Part shown: positions 21,636 through 32,843 of the stretch, piece after piece
How positions within the stretch are numbered: position 1 is the first letter of the stretch
Layout of the letters: each line of letters begins with the position of its first letter
Translations under genes and position numbers: made by a program
The notes under the pieces: model-generated
Database searches by the model: none
Told to the model about the DNA's origin: nothing
The model's input: the letters and a program-made list of their open reading frames with translations, nothing else
Source: Trypanosoma brucei
Taxonomy: Eukaryota
Reading direction: 5' to 3'
NCBI GenBank assembly: GCA_000002445.1
Contig: CP000071.1
Location: 128,001-192,000, forward strand
DNA: 64,000 nt

Positions 21636-23119
21636 GGCCCTCTCAACACTTCCGTGGTAAAATTTATTTATTTATTTCCTGCATAATGAGCAACCCTGAA
21701 ATGAGAATAACTGGTCATGCGAGAATAAGTATTTACAGTCCTCTTACTCCAAACCGACCTGCGACTGCGGCAAATACCCCTCTTACGCGTTCATCTCGAA
21801 GCAGCTGCCAGCCGCTAACCGGCAACCATCAAACTTTCAATCATTTCTCAACTACTCTAACTATACACACACGCAAAAAAAAAAAGAACTCAGAAAAAGT
21901 GGGACACAAGTAAACACAGAGGGTCACATACGTTTATTACCATTCCACTTCTTATTTTTCTCCACACCTGCACGACTACTACTAACCCGTAACCTTAAAC
22001 AAAGGATAGACATATACTTTACTGCCAACGCGAAAAAAAAAAATGTTCGTGGGGAAGACACCAGTTTACACATTACCTCTTAAGGATTTGCACCGTGTTA
22101 TTGCAGCAAAATCTGGGCTTCCACGACGAGCGTGGCTTGAAAAGGTGAAGAAGCGAAAATTCGTAAGCACCCCCCCCGCAGCACAACATAAAAACATCAC
22201 AACATAAACGAAATCCCTGGAACGCACTCGTTGAACGTGTGCCCACACGCAACTCTTTTCGCCAAACTTCATCACAACAGCAAGTGGAACATCAAGAAAA
22301 GGTACCCAAAAACTTTCCCCCGCCTGCTGCATAATCGGGTCGAAAAGTTCAGCAGCACAAATGAAGCCGGTGCAGCTTTTTTTTCTTCCACCGGAATCCT
22401 GAACCATGCCATCTCAAGGATGCAATAACGCCGGTGGCAACCTTTCGGCACCGTGCATTACCTCGCCGGATCACCGCCGCAGCGCGGCCCCGTAACCCTA
22501 AATGAAACAAAAAAATGAAATCCACCGTAGGCGACACCGTAGGCACTGGCATTACTGCATTAAAGAAAACGTTCTACCTGAGTCGTTCTGGGATGGAAAA
22601 CAAATCGGCGCTCTCTTCAAAATAGCTTCGTGACTGTTAGCATAGGCAAATTATTCCAAGATCCCTTCAATATTCTAGTTTCTTCAACGAGTGCATTACA
22701 GCAAGGAAACAAAAGCAAACACGTGCTCGCAAAAAATGTGTGAAAAACAAAATTACAGAACCACACGAACTTTATTTTTTCATTCACCTCATCGATGTTT
22801 TTTCTTCACTTAAAACTCCTGAAACGATCGTCAATGTAATGAGGCACTTGCAACACGATCCAAAGTGGATGAATTCCCAACCAACAGGTTCATTCCCCCC
22901 ACGCCTCGTCACAGACTATGAAATACCTCACACACGCAGCGATTATCGTTATATTCCATTTCTTTCCCTTAACCCAACTAAAGCGGATGTTGACCACAGC
23001 AGAATGCGCAAGTGGAGCTACGGGCCAGACGAACGATCTACAGAAATTTGATAGTGCGTTCCCTTCCTGATGTTTTTACGGACCCTCACAGGTAGTTTCC
23101 ATAGCATAATAACGTGTGC

Positions 23120-23147
23120 GGGGTTAGGGTTAGGGTTAGGGTTAGGC
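23120..23147 (+). repeat. Interstitial telomere-type repeat (TTAGGG)4.5
   Basis: ggggttagggttagggttagggttagg read directly; the G-rich strand is the plus strand. Confidence 0.9.
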
Positions 23148-23634
23148 CAGCACCACAGCATTCGATAAGACAAAACAACAAGTCACAAAAATAGGATCAC
23201 ACCGGACATACGTGCCTGTCGCTGCTTTAAAATAAGGATGCAAAAAGCAACGAGCGCATTTGACATTGGCAATAAAAGGGAAAATGAGTGGGCAACAACA
23301 CCAAAGGATTTACCCTCCGCTCCTCCATCACCCACTGCAAGTGAAAATAACCATAGAAACAATAGTTTCGACCTTCACGCAGTGCGGGGAGCAAGTTGGC
23401 TCCCTTCAGATGCAAGAGATGAGAATTGTGTGATCCTTCCAAACCTTGCCTTTTCTATCTGCGGTATATTTGTCAAAGCGCCTAACCTTCAATGTCACTC
23501 AGAGAAAAGAAAAAAATAAGACAACATGTCATCTCACATCACCTTTGTCCTCCAAGTGAAGATGAAACATTGCCACTCACGAACTAGTGTGCGGGGTAGA
23601 ACAATTTTGAGACGCGACTGTCTCTGGCGCACCT

Positions 23635-26600
23635 TTATAGCAGTAAAGTATCTGATGCGTCGATATTCTTACTGTTGGAAGAAAATATGACGGCCCCAAT
23701 GCGGTTCAACACGCTTCGAATGGACGAAAAGGACGGAAAAACTACTGCACCTGAGACCAACTGAGGCACCTGCCGCAACAATTCCATCATAACAGCTTCA
23801 CAGCACGCGCTCCATACGTTGGCCAGTGAAGCGCCATGGAAGTCCTTGCGGTGCGTACCGGGAAGAGTTATTTCAGCACGGTGAATGGAAGGGAAAATGT
23901 TACCGACGTGAGATCCTTTAAAAATAATGTCCTCAGGCGGCCGGTCACTCCTATCGTACGTGAAGAGCACAAATATATCGGATATTTTTATAAAGTGGAG
24001 CTGCACACTCATGAATTTAAGTAGCTTCCAACAACTAAGCATGCCGCGCTGCACACGTACCACATTCTCCAAATCCTTGTTAGTTTCTGAGGATTTGTAG
24101 CGTCTTCCTAGCCTCCGCATTTGATACACAAAGGTGTCCGATAGTTCCAATTCAAGAGTCGTGACGTGACTGTACACGGAAGAGGCAAGAATAGCGTTGC
24201 CGACGATTCGTGCGTCGCGAACAGTGAGATCAATACTGAAGGGTTTTATTTCATGGCTCATCTTCCCGTTGTAGGTACCATTGCTGCGCATATTGGACAC
24301 TGTGCATTGAACTGTCACCCTCTTGTGTTCGTAAACCAACCACGACTCACATCGGCCCACCACGCAGTTAATTGGAATGTTATCCCCATCCTCCACAAGC
24401 AAACCAATACCACATGCTTTCACACCAGCACGCAACATCATCTCCTCTACAGGCGTCTCAACTATCACAGCGCTACCAACCAATGTTCCTAAGCCACTTC
24501 GCAGCGAAGAAATAGCGTATGTTGTCACAAGGGTGATAACCCATCCGACCGTGTCCTTCCTTTGGTGAATGAAGGCTGCTACATCGTTTCCAATTTCTAC
24601 CTCTGTTCCGTGGGACAGAAGGACCCGGAATCTCCGTGAAGAGTTAACACCTTCACGAAGAACCAATACCACTTCGCCACTAGTTAAGGAATGAGGAGTG
24701 TACGATGAGACACTCATACGGGGTACCTTCTCATAGTTGTGCGATGTTAAGTTGACGACAGTCACGTATGGGGGGCGTGGTTCACTGACTGACACCACAG
24801 TTGGTTCGAAGCGGTCCTCCTTGAACACGCGAATCTCATGGTGTGTGTCTCCGCACTCGATGAAAGCAGATGAGCATGTCTGTGGTAAGAGGCTCACCGC
24901 CACAGGCGCGCTAAATTCGATGTTTACAGTTGTGTCGCTACCCTTTGCGCTCCATGCGAATGCAAAATTTACAACTTCATCATTCGCTAGAGCAGTGTAA
25001 GATACCGTCCCCCCCGCGGGAACTGTGAAACAGTGTGGCAACTCATCGGTAAACAACCCACCCCTTCTCGTTACGTGTCTTACTTGGAGGTCCCGTAAAT
25101 CATCCATGTTGGTAAAAAGTAGAGGTGGTATTAGCTCCATGAAGTAACCGAAGCGATCGACTCGAGACCGCATGAGAAAAAGATGAGGCTGTCCGAGATG
25201 TGTGCCTTTGACGCTCATCGGTGCGCAGAAGAGCGGGCGTTCCTCAAAATCTTCGGTAACTTCAAAAGAAACGGAACTCAGTTCTCCCGCATGTAATACC
25301 AGGCGAGTGTGAAGGGGTAGATATGCAAAGTTTCGGCCTGTTGCGTGACTCAATGCGCCATCCCGGATCAAACCAGTTGGTTTCCCTACCTCGGTGGTAA
25401 ACCTCACATCCGTACCAGAGTTATTTTTAAGCCCAAAGACGCCATAGGGGCGAACGGTGCAGACACTAGGCGCAGTGCAGCTGCCAACATCCTGCTGTCC
25501 AATATCCAGTTCAAAGAAGCGCTTGTAGGGAAATTCCCTGTGCCTCATCAGAACCCTCTGTCTTAACGATCCTTCGTTGAAACACGCTTCAACACGATCA
25601 GTACTGAAATAGATGTCTGAGTAAACTATACTTTCAAAAACATAATCCACCCTTGGACCAAAGGGATCGTGCTGCAGCGTAAAAAAAGTGCCGCTCGGTT
25701 CGATAATGCATTCCTCAACAACAAGATCACTGATTAGTAGTAACACTTTCATATTAAAACGGGTTCCATTATGAATGCCAAGTCGTGCGGGAGATAGAAA
25801 CATCGTGAGAACGCCGCCACTCAGAAGATAAGTGACATCAATATATACTGGCACGTCTCCCAGCACAAACTTCCTGAGACGCCCAATAGAATCATCCCCA
25901 CGCTCTTCGGCCAACTTAAATAAAATTCTCAATGAGCCTTCGCTAAGCAATTGCTGCTCAGATGTGCAGGCACTATTGGAGGACATCAAGCAAAGAGATA
26001 TGTCGTCCCTAGAAATAAGGTGAATGGGGACAGGTAAGGTTTCGCCTGGAGGAACTTCCAGCTTACCGACCGAGGAATCGATAGCCCCAAGCACCACACC
26101 ACATGGTAACCTGTTGCTAATTTGAAAACTGGTGCGGAAGCTCACACGTTGAGAGAGGGTGTGGTCGAGTACCTGCCTAACAATTCGAACCTTCTCTCCA
26201 GATGTTAATGTAACGACACACGCCCTGCGTAGCACATCCGTGAGTTCTTTCTCTGGGTTGGGGTCTCGGTAACTCTCAAAATGCGATATTCGGCAGTTGT
26301 CAACGGAGTGAATGCAACGTGGAAAGACAAGATGGTTACCATAAAATGTTTGGCGCTCCTTAACCACAACGCGCTCCCCGTCATCGACGTCCAAAACCAG
26401 TGATACCCCAAGCTGGTTAATTACTTCCACCGTGGGGGGTACCGTAAGTCCCCTTCCAAAATTTCCCGGAAGGAAGGAGGATGCAATGAATTTCATTTGC
26501 TCTATCGAAACAGACAGATCGAGTGAAGAGAGTAAAGTTTCACATGCAACGTGTTTCGAATCTAACAAACGAGCAACTGCTGCGACTGACAGAGGGCGCT

Positions 26601-29600
26601 GCAACGCGCGTTTGTAGGACTGTGAGCAGAAGTCCCACAATGTTAATTCCTGTACACCAAATCGGAAATCCACATGCGCTTCTCCTCCATCAGCTTCAAC
26701 TTTCGATCGGAGTAGGGACTTGTTAACGGCCATATGCGCAACCGATGCACCACCGCGAAGGAGGATATCGATGGGGAAGGCAGACACAGCAATAGACCAC
26801 TTCCCCTCCCCGAAAAGATATTTCAAGCGTTTATAACACAGCAGAGGCGATGTCCTTGACCTTCCGTTGAAACCTTTGCGACAACTCGTCCCGCCAATGA
26901 GCTGCTGCATTGTTTCAACCAAACCCATGGGGACCCCAACACGATCAACTTGAAGTGTGGCGTTCACGGTACCAATATGCTCTTTACACCTTGTTGCGAC
27001 GTTTACAGCGGAAGTGGTGCTAGAAAAAACGCGCGAGCAAACGCTGCCATCAATGTAGTCGACCCAACTGTTTTGTAAGCAGAGTTGAAGCCCCAATCCG
27101 TAAGAGGTGGAACACAAACAGTCACCCACGAGGGTAAACGCAAATGTAAGTTGACAACCCGTAGGAAAAAGAAGTTCCCCTCTACTATGGTGAATCATCA
27201 GATGAAGTCCATGAGGCACTATGCAACGTAAAATGTCTCTCACATTAGGAGCATCAAGTTGCGTTGCTTCATGGGTTTCAAGTTTTTTGATTGTGTCATC
27301 ACAGTCCAAAAGAAGAAAAGATCCACTTTCATCCTCAACTGCAATAGAACTCCGAATCAACGTGGAGATGCGACAACGTTGAAAAAGGACATGAGTTCCC
27401 CGACATACTACTAAGCGAGCACTTCCACGAACAGCTAAAAACTCGCACTCCACAACGTTAACAACTTTGCCCGGGCAATTAAAGAAACACGAGCCGATCA
27501 TATCGAGGTTATATGACACGTCATGCAGGTAATCTGCTGTGATAACGTGCTTTCTTGATAGTGAAGTAGCCATGCGGCGTATATCCAATAGTGCATCAAA
27601 CAGTTGCCGAACCGGGTACGGTGTGTCGCACAAGTTTGTCTTGAGTTCAATGCATTCCAACTCAACAAGCGCCTGTTTTTCAAAGGTTGATAAAACGGAT
27701 GTTGCCTCCGCACCGTATTTACGGGCGTCCTGCGTGGAAGCTGTTGAGGCGAGAACAAATTTCAACGCCTCCAATTTCAATGAAATAACATCCCCACCAT
27801 ACATTGTTATTGACTGCACATTCAGTTTCAAAGGGGTCAAACCACCCTCCGCATGCACTCCAAGCACACACATCGCCTCTTTTCTGAAGAGAAATGAGGC
27901 AGAAAGATCACGGACTTCCACCTTCAAACAAGAGGAAGGTAAAAGAGGGTGAAGCACATCAGCGTCCACAGCGGGTATGTACAGTTCCTTTGTGTATGCA
28001 CCGCAGCTGTTAATCAATAGCGCGGGTGGTGAATCACGTAGTTCATGAAAAAACTCACTGAAACGATTGAAAAAGGAAAGAGCGCTTTCACTGCCCGCAT
28101 TTGGGATCCTGCATCGACATTGCAGGACCCCAGATTCGCCAAATGACAAGACGCAAGTTGTGTTGCAGAGTGCTATTGCAATTTCGCAACTGTTATGCGG
28201 AAACGCGCAGCACCATTCCCTCCACGCATGTGGACTTACGAAAAGTGCGCCGCACGATTCCATCGTTGAAGTAATTTGCTTAAATTCCCCAGCAGTCAGC
28301 CGATCAACCCGCACGCAAACGGAACCCACACTGATTAGGACACAAGCCACTGGTGGAAGAAAGTTATGTGTTAAAGCAGAGTGCAACCGGGAACAAAAAG
28401 AAACACGAAGGGGTGCAACCTCCACTGCGTCTAAAACTTGAACTGTCTCGACCGAAAAATGAGACATTGGGTGGCTCAATCCCAACTGTAAATTTGATGC
28501 AGAGAGCAATTTCTGCGTCGAGAACACTCCCAGCGTAACTTCCACGACGCTCGACGACGCCAGTGCGCAAAACAAACGACCCTTCGATAGCGAAGCCACC
28601 CGGCACTTGGCGCCGCGAGGAAAATCAATGATGAAAAAGGGTTTGCTAGCATCCTCTGTTGTAAGCATAAATGATCGCAGATGAATGCAAAGAACATCCT
28701 CGTCACTCACATTCTTAGAGGAAAAAATACGCGTTTCTCCAATAGTTATGACGCTTTCCGTTGGTACAAACCAACACTGAATGCACTTTATGCAAATACA
28801 CTGGCTTTTTTTCTTCCTCCTCGATACCTGATGAATATCTGCAGCGGTAAAAATTTCTTCCCAGCTCGAAATAGAAACGTTGGCGTTGCTCGATCTCTGT
28901 GTGCGCTTGGTGGCCCCTTTATACGACTCATAGCCGACCCAAGCAACTTCTGACCATTCGCTACAAATATGCTTAAGGTACTCCCAAAATGCAGGGCAAA
29001 TATTAAACTTTAACTCAGAAACAATGATGTTACCCTCATCTCCCATTCGCACATTGATGGGCGCAACTAATTCGTGGGCCCCCTCACCAAAGTGTGCGGA
29101 CAGGGCGTGTAGCGAAACTCCAATTTGTGAGCCCCTCGGAGCATCTCCTTTAATGATTATTAGCGAGAGTTTCTCACATTCGACATTGATATCGTCGATA
29201 ATTAGCCGGAGGAAGGGTAGAACAAAACTCATCTTCTCCATGGTTCCACGAGATGATGGTGCTGGTGCGGTTCTTGATGTTGCAACCATCTCCACAAAGA
29301 GAAGTGGTAGAATGGAGGCTACCGGTTTGATTGTTTCGAGTAGTCGCGGTGTCGATAATGCAATGCGAGTAGGTTCTACATTTACCTTTAGGGAACACGC
29401 TCCCTTCGTCTTGCGTTTCTGAAAGCTAAAAAACGGCACGTCAGAAGCACCCGGTAGACGCAGAGTTTCCCACATGCTGTCATCTTTTAGTGATACGTCC
29501 CCAATGTGAACATTAGTCTCGTCCACTCGGCTAACAAGGGTAATCTCACCCAGAAGCATAACAGTTCCCGTTGGAAAGTAAATGTACACTTCACCAATGT

Positions 29601-30966
29601 CCACATGAATGGAAAGCATTATTGCATCTACAAGCTGCCTCCCTTTACCTCCATCACTTGCTATATCAGAGGTGACTGATGTCCTGGCATATGTTTCCAT
29701 CACCGTGCGTCTAAGGAATAAAATGACATCCCTGTAGCGAACTTTCTGCTCGATTTCAACCATTGCGTCTAGTTTTGCTGAAATGTCGCCCACTTGGTGG
29801 CAGTAATTCAGTAGTTGAATATATGCACGCCGCGCTTCTGCAAAAGAGCGGATATGAGATAAAGTAAAGTTGTACCTCCTCCTTCGATCTCGAAGGAGCT
29901 CCATCACGCAACAATGCGCATAATTCCACAAGGATGCGGAGCCACGGAGATGTATATGGGGGTGGCAGTACACAGGAAGCTCCAAAAACGAGCGACTCGC
30001 TGCTAAATAAGCGTGCAAGGCGAGGAGGACGTCGTGGTTAACTAGCAGAGACACCTGTTGCTCCAATGATATGGTGACGTTTTGCCTACACAAAACTCCA
30101 CGCAGGAATACAGATGTAACACAAACCGCTGCAACATCAGTGGTCACGAACGTGGCGCACAACTCTCCAGCAAACGCCTTAGCAGTCACGTCACTGACGG
30201 TTGCCTTCACAACTTTTATCTCTTCAGTTCCGTTACAAGCACATGGCTCCACATGTACTGCAAGATCCCGGAAGACTATTTCAAGTCTTGTGTTCGAGTT
30301 GGGTCCAACCGATAACATAAGAGTGAGGACATCTACATTAACAAGAATCTTTCTGTCCACCAAACCGGACATAGTACTCTTGACCACGCCGTATAGGTAT
30401 GATATTATACCTTCCTCCCCCTCTACGGCCTCATTGCCCCCCGGGTCTACATAAGTTGAGGATGAACTAACTTCGCTACAACAAGACATGCACTCATCCT
30501 CGTCATCATGTGCGTCCGCATGCTCCTTCGCGTGATCAATAGGTTTGGGGCTTGCAGTCGACGAACTAACACGTGAGTGACTTCTACTTGAGTTACATGG
30601 TGATGTAGCACAGTTCCTATTCCCAAGGATGCTTTGTTCTGTTATACCGCTTCGTATGATGTCTGAACTCAGTTCCGTTTCAGTATCAGAAGTGGCCAAA
30701 TGAGAGCATGTGTTCAAATGTAGCCTCGCTTCTTTGGCATGAACAACAAGAGCATCTTTGGATGATGGCCACGGTATGTCGAAGTGAATTTCCGTTACGT
30801 GACCTGATTCGACAGGGAGTTGAGTGATATCTCTCAGTGCATCCTTCTTGAGCTTGACGTTGCGAATTCGAAGTGACCTTTTGGTTAAAGAACTCTCCAC
30901 ATCGAAAGGGTTCACATCCGCCACTTTCGCGACGCGGGCCAACAAAAACGAAATAATATGTTGCAT
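23635..30966 (-). CDS. Giant (2443 aa) Chorein-N-domain protein, VPS13/ATG2-family bridge-like lipid-transfer-type protein
   Basis: The N-terminus MQHIISFLLARVAKVADVNPFDVESSLTKRSLRIRNVKLKKDALRDITQLPVESGHVTEIHFDIPWPS matches the Chorein_N pattern (…LLNRYLGEYVENL…GDVVLENLxLKxxALDxLxLPxxVKxGHIGxLxLxIPW). It is one uninterrupted 7.3-kb ORF. The ORF-track start at 30990 is GTG; the first ATG is at 30964-30966. Confidence 0.65.
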   Translation of the reverse strand: MQHIISFLLARVAKVADVNPFDVESSLTKRSLRIRNVKLKKDALRDITQLPVESGHVTEIHFDIPWPSSKDALVVHAKEARLHLNTCSHLATSDTETELSSDIIRSGITEQSILGNRNCATSPCNSSRSHSRVSSSTASPKPIDHAKEHADAHDDEDECMSCCSEVSSSSTYVDPGGNEAVEGEEGIISYLYGVVKSTMSGLVDRKILVNVDVLTLMLSVGPNSNTRLEIVFRDLAVHVEPCACNGTEEIKVVKATVSDVTAKAFAGELCATFVTTDVAAVCVTSVFLRGVLCRQNVTISLEQQVSLLVNHDVLLALHAYLAASRSFLELPVYCHPHIHLRGSASLWNYAHCCVMELLRDRRRRYNFTLSHIRSFAEARRAYIQLLNYCHQVGDISAKLDAMVEIEQKVRYRDVILFLRRTVMETYARTSVTSDIASDGGKGRQLVDAIMLSIHVDIGEVYIYFPTGTVMLLGEITLVSRVDETNVHIGDVSLKDDSMWETLRLPGASDVPFFSFQKRKTKGACSLKVNVEPTRIALSTPRLLETIKPVASILPLLFVEMVATSRTAPAPSSRGTMEKMSFVLPFLRLIIDDINVECEKLSLIIIKGDAPRGSQIGVSLHALSAHFGEGAHELVAPINVRMGDEGNIIVSELKFNICPAFWEYLKHICSEWSEVAWVGYESYKGATKRTQRSSNANVSISSWEEIFTAADIHQVSRRKKKSQCICIKCIQCWFVPTESVITIGETRIFSSKNVSDEDVLCIHLRSFMLTTEDASKPFFIIDFPRGAKCRVASLSKGRLFCALASSSVVEVTLGVFSTQKLLSASNLQLGLSHPMSHFSVETVQVLDAVEVAPLRVSFCSRLHSALTHNFLPPVACVLISVGSVCVRVDRLTAGEFKQITSTMESCGALFVSPHAWREWCCAFPHNSCEIAIALCNTTCVLSFGESGVLQCRCRIPNAGSESALSFFNRFSEFFHELRDSPPALLINSCGAYTKELYIPAVDADVLHPLLPSSCLKVEVRDLSASFLFRKEAMCVLGVHAEGGLTPLKLNVQSITMYGGDVISLKLEALKFVLASTASTQDARKYGAEATSVLSTFEKQALVELECIELKTNLCDTPYPVRQLFDALLDIRRMATSLSRKHVITADYLHDVSYNLDMIGSCFFNCPGKVVNVVECEFLAVRGSARLVVCRGTHVLFQRCRISTLIRSSIAVEDESGSFLLLDCDDTIKKLETHEATQLDAPNVRDILRCIVPHGLHLMIHHSRGELLFPTGCQLTFAFTLVGDCLCSTSYGLGLQLCLQNSWVDYIDGSVCSRVFSSTTSAVNVATRCKEHIGTVNATLQVDRVGVPMGLVETMQQLIGGTSCRKGFNGRSRTSPLLCYKRLKYLFGEGKWSIAVSAFPIDILLRGGASVAHMAVNKSLLRSKVEADGGEAHVDFRFGVQELTLWDFCSQSYKRALQRPLSVAAVARLLDSKHVACETLLSSLDLSVSIEQMKFIASSFLPGNFGRGLTVPPTVEVINQLGVSLVLDVDDGERVVVKERQTFYGNHLVFPRCIHSVDNCRISHFESYRDPNPEKELTDVLRRACVVTLTSGEKVRIVRQVLDHTLSQRVSFRTSFQISNRLPCGVVLGAIDSSVGKLEVPPGETLPVPIHLISRDDISLCLMSSNSACTSEQQLLSEGSLRILFKLAEERGDDSIGRLRKFVLGDVPVYIDVTYLLSGGVLTMFLSPARLGIHNGTRFNMKVLLLISDLVVEECIIEPSGTFFTLQHDPFGPRVDYVFESIVYSDIYFSTDRVEACFNEGSLRQRVLMRHREFPYKRFFELDIGQQDVGSCTAPSVCTVRPYGVFGLKNNSGTDVRFTTEVGKPTGLIRDGALSHATGRNFAYLPLHTRLVLHAGELSSVSFEVTEDFEERPLFCAPMSVKGTHLGQPHLFLMRSRVDRFGYFMELIPPLLFTNMDDLRDLQVRHVTRRGGLFTDELPHCFTVPAGGTVSYTALANDEVVNFAFAWSAKGSDTTVNIEFSAPVAVSLLPQTCSSAFIECGDTHHEIRVFKEDRFEPTVVSVSEPRPPYVTVVNLTSHNYEKVPRMSVSSYTPHSLTSGEVVLVLREGVNSSRRFRVLLSHGTEVEIGNDVAAFIHQRKDTVGWVITLVTTYAISSLRSGLGTLVGSAVIVETPVEEMMLRAGVKACGIGLLVEDGDNIPINCVVGRCESWLVYEHKRVTVQCTVSNMRSNGTYNGKMSHEIKPFSIDLTVRDARIVGNAILASSVYSHVTTLELELSDTFVYQMRRLGRRYKSSETNKDLENVVRVQRGMLSCWKLLKFMSVQLHFIKISDIFVLFTYDRSDRPPEDIIFKGSHVGNIFPSIHRAEITLPGTHRKDFHGASLANVWSACCEAVMMELLRQVPQLVSGAVVFPSFSSIRSVLNRIGAVIFSSNSKNIDASDTLLL

Positions 30967-31729
30967 CTTTTTTGGGCCGTAGTGGCCCACTGCCCTGATA
31001 CCTGTGCACGTTCGTAGAGAAAAGGAAGTACAGATTAGATGATAGGGGCAAGAATTTCCCGTGCAAATGTAAGTTTCTCACAACCAACGACCCGGTTGCA
31101 AGTGTTAGATGCTGATGATCCCACTCGCCACCAGTCGTCAGTTATTATACGAAATATGCTTCTTCAGCACGATGTTTTCCCAACTGCGCCACGCGCCGAC
31201 AAATTAGAAAAGAAAAAATATATATATATATTATTCACGACAGCCGCGACGAAAACACCATCTTCTCTTTATTCAAACCATGAGGTTCATTTTTCTTTTC
31301 TCTTTCTTGGCTGTCCCCTCCTTTGCAGTTGGAAAAAAAAAAATTACAACAAATACATAAGTTAGGGACAGTTACCGCTCGCTAACTTACTTTACCCAAG
31401 TTCACTTACTCCTCTCGTTTCCTTTGAGTCGTGAAATACAATTAAACAAAGAGATTAAACACTTTTTTTTTAAATGAGAGAGAGATGAAGCACAGAAGGG
31501 AGAAAAAGGATCCAAAACAGCCCCTCCCCCCTCACCTGGAAAGTTACCACCAGCATGAAGTGTTCGCTACGCGGTAGGATGTGCTTTAATTCTTTTGTTT
31601 TAAATGTTGGAATCCAACCGAATACCTGACAGCAACGTAGTTGCTGTCGTACAAACCGGTTTATCAAAAAAAAAATGAAAGGAGTTGAGGGAGATTTGAG
31701 AGTTCTCTAGGGGAGAAAAATTGTGCCAT

Positions 31730-32263
31730 TCACCAGTAGAGACGGTGTGCACAATACCCATTGGGGTTTTCCTCAAGGTAATTTTGATGATAATCTTCAG
31801 CAGGATAAAAGCGAGACGCCCTTTCCAACGTTGTTACAACCTTAGCACTACTACCAAATGCTTTAACAATATTCTCACGTAGTTTTTCGTCGCCGCCATT
31901 CAACTTTTCGATGAAACTTTCCGCCTCGTTCCGCTGCTCCTCATTGTGATAAAATATGGTGCTTCGATATTGTGTACCGACATCGCCTTCTTGTCGATTT
32001 AGCGTGGTGGGGTTATGCATGCGGAAAAAAAAATTGAGTAGCGCGTCGTACGTTAGTTCATTAGTGTTGTAAGTCACTTGAAGAACTTCTGCATGACCGG
32101 TGTCCCCTTTCTTCACCAATTGATAGTTCATCTCAGGAAGCTCTTTTCCTCCCATAAAACCAACCTTGTGGGAAATGAGAGCAGCGCCAAATTGTCGCAC
32201 GAAGAAATGTTCGGTTCCCCAAAAGCAACCTGCAGCAAAAGTAGCAACAGCATTTGGGTTCAT
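31730..32263 (-). CDS. MSRA: Peptide methionine sulfoxide reductase MsrA
   Basis: Active-site motif AGCFWGTEHFF, plus GHAEVLQVTY and YHQNYL. Starts at the internal ATG (32261-32263) so that MNPNAVATFAAGCFWG is the N-terminus; the 31 upstream codons of the ORF are probably not coding. Confidence 0.85.
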   Translation of the reverse strand: MNPNAVATFAAGCFWGTEHFFVRQFGAALISHKVGFMGGKELPEMNYQLVKKGDTGHAEVLQVTYNTNELTYDALLNFFFRMHNPTTLNRQEGDVGTQYRSTIFYHNEEQRNEAESFIEKLNGGDEKLRENIVKAFGSSAKVVTTLERASRFYPAEDYHQNYLEENPNGYCAHRLYW

Positions 32264-32843
32264 TTTGTTCGACACAAATAGTGCGTATATGCTGAAAATG
32301 AAGAAGTATTCCCTCCCCCACTGCACACGACCGCAAACAGTAACAAGTAAATACAAAATTGATAAATCAACCGCTTACAGTAGCGTGGATAAAGCGTGCA
32401 GTTGTAGGAACAGTAGACACTTTGTCGGAGGCTATAAATACTTGAGAGGCAGAAACGATCGGGGTGGGTGAATTATTCGAAAATTTACGAGGACCGTAAG
32501 CAATGCCGACTAAAAGGGGTCGAACAAACCGCAACTACCTTCTACGGAAATGACTAGCGGTACCGGAGGGGGGAAAGAGAATCACATAAGTTTGGTGGCC
32601 TCGTTACCATTATCTGCTTAAGCGTCTACATGGAAATACAAACTAATACTAGTTGGAGAGGGATGCGAAACGTAAGTAGGATTGGAGAATGGGTAGGGAT
32701 ACCCCCTCCACCCTATAGTCACAGTAAAAATAAAGCGGTAAAACAATCCGCACATCGATATGAAGGTTTCCACCGTATTCATTTTCCTTTTTTTCTTCTT
32801 CTTCTTCACGACATCGACAACAACATATATTCCTTCTAACACC

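Noticed and set aside
31730-32356. Longer 208-aa MsrA ORF start
   Set aside because: The 31 extra N-terminal codons are hydrophobic/low-complexity and precede the conserved MsrA N-terminus; the internal ATG gives a canonical MsrA. Some ORF-track first codons elsewhere are GTG/TTG (for example 30990, 12671, 41737, 4915), so ORF-track starts were not trusted.
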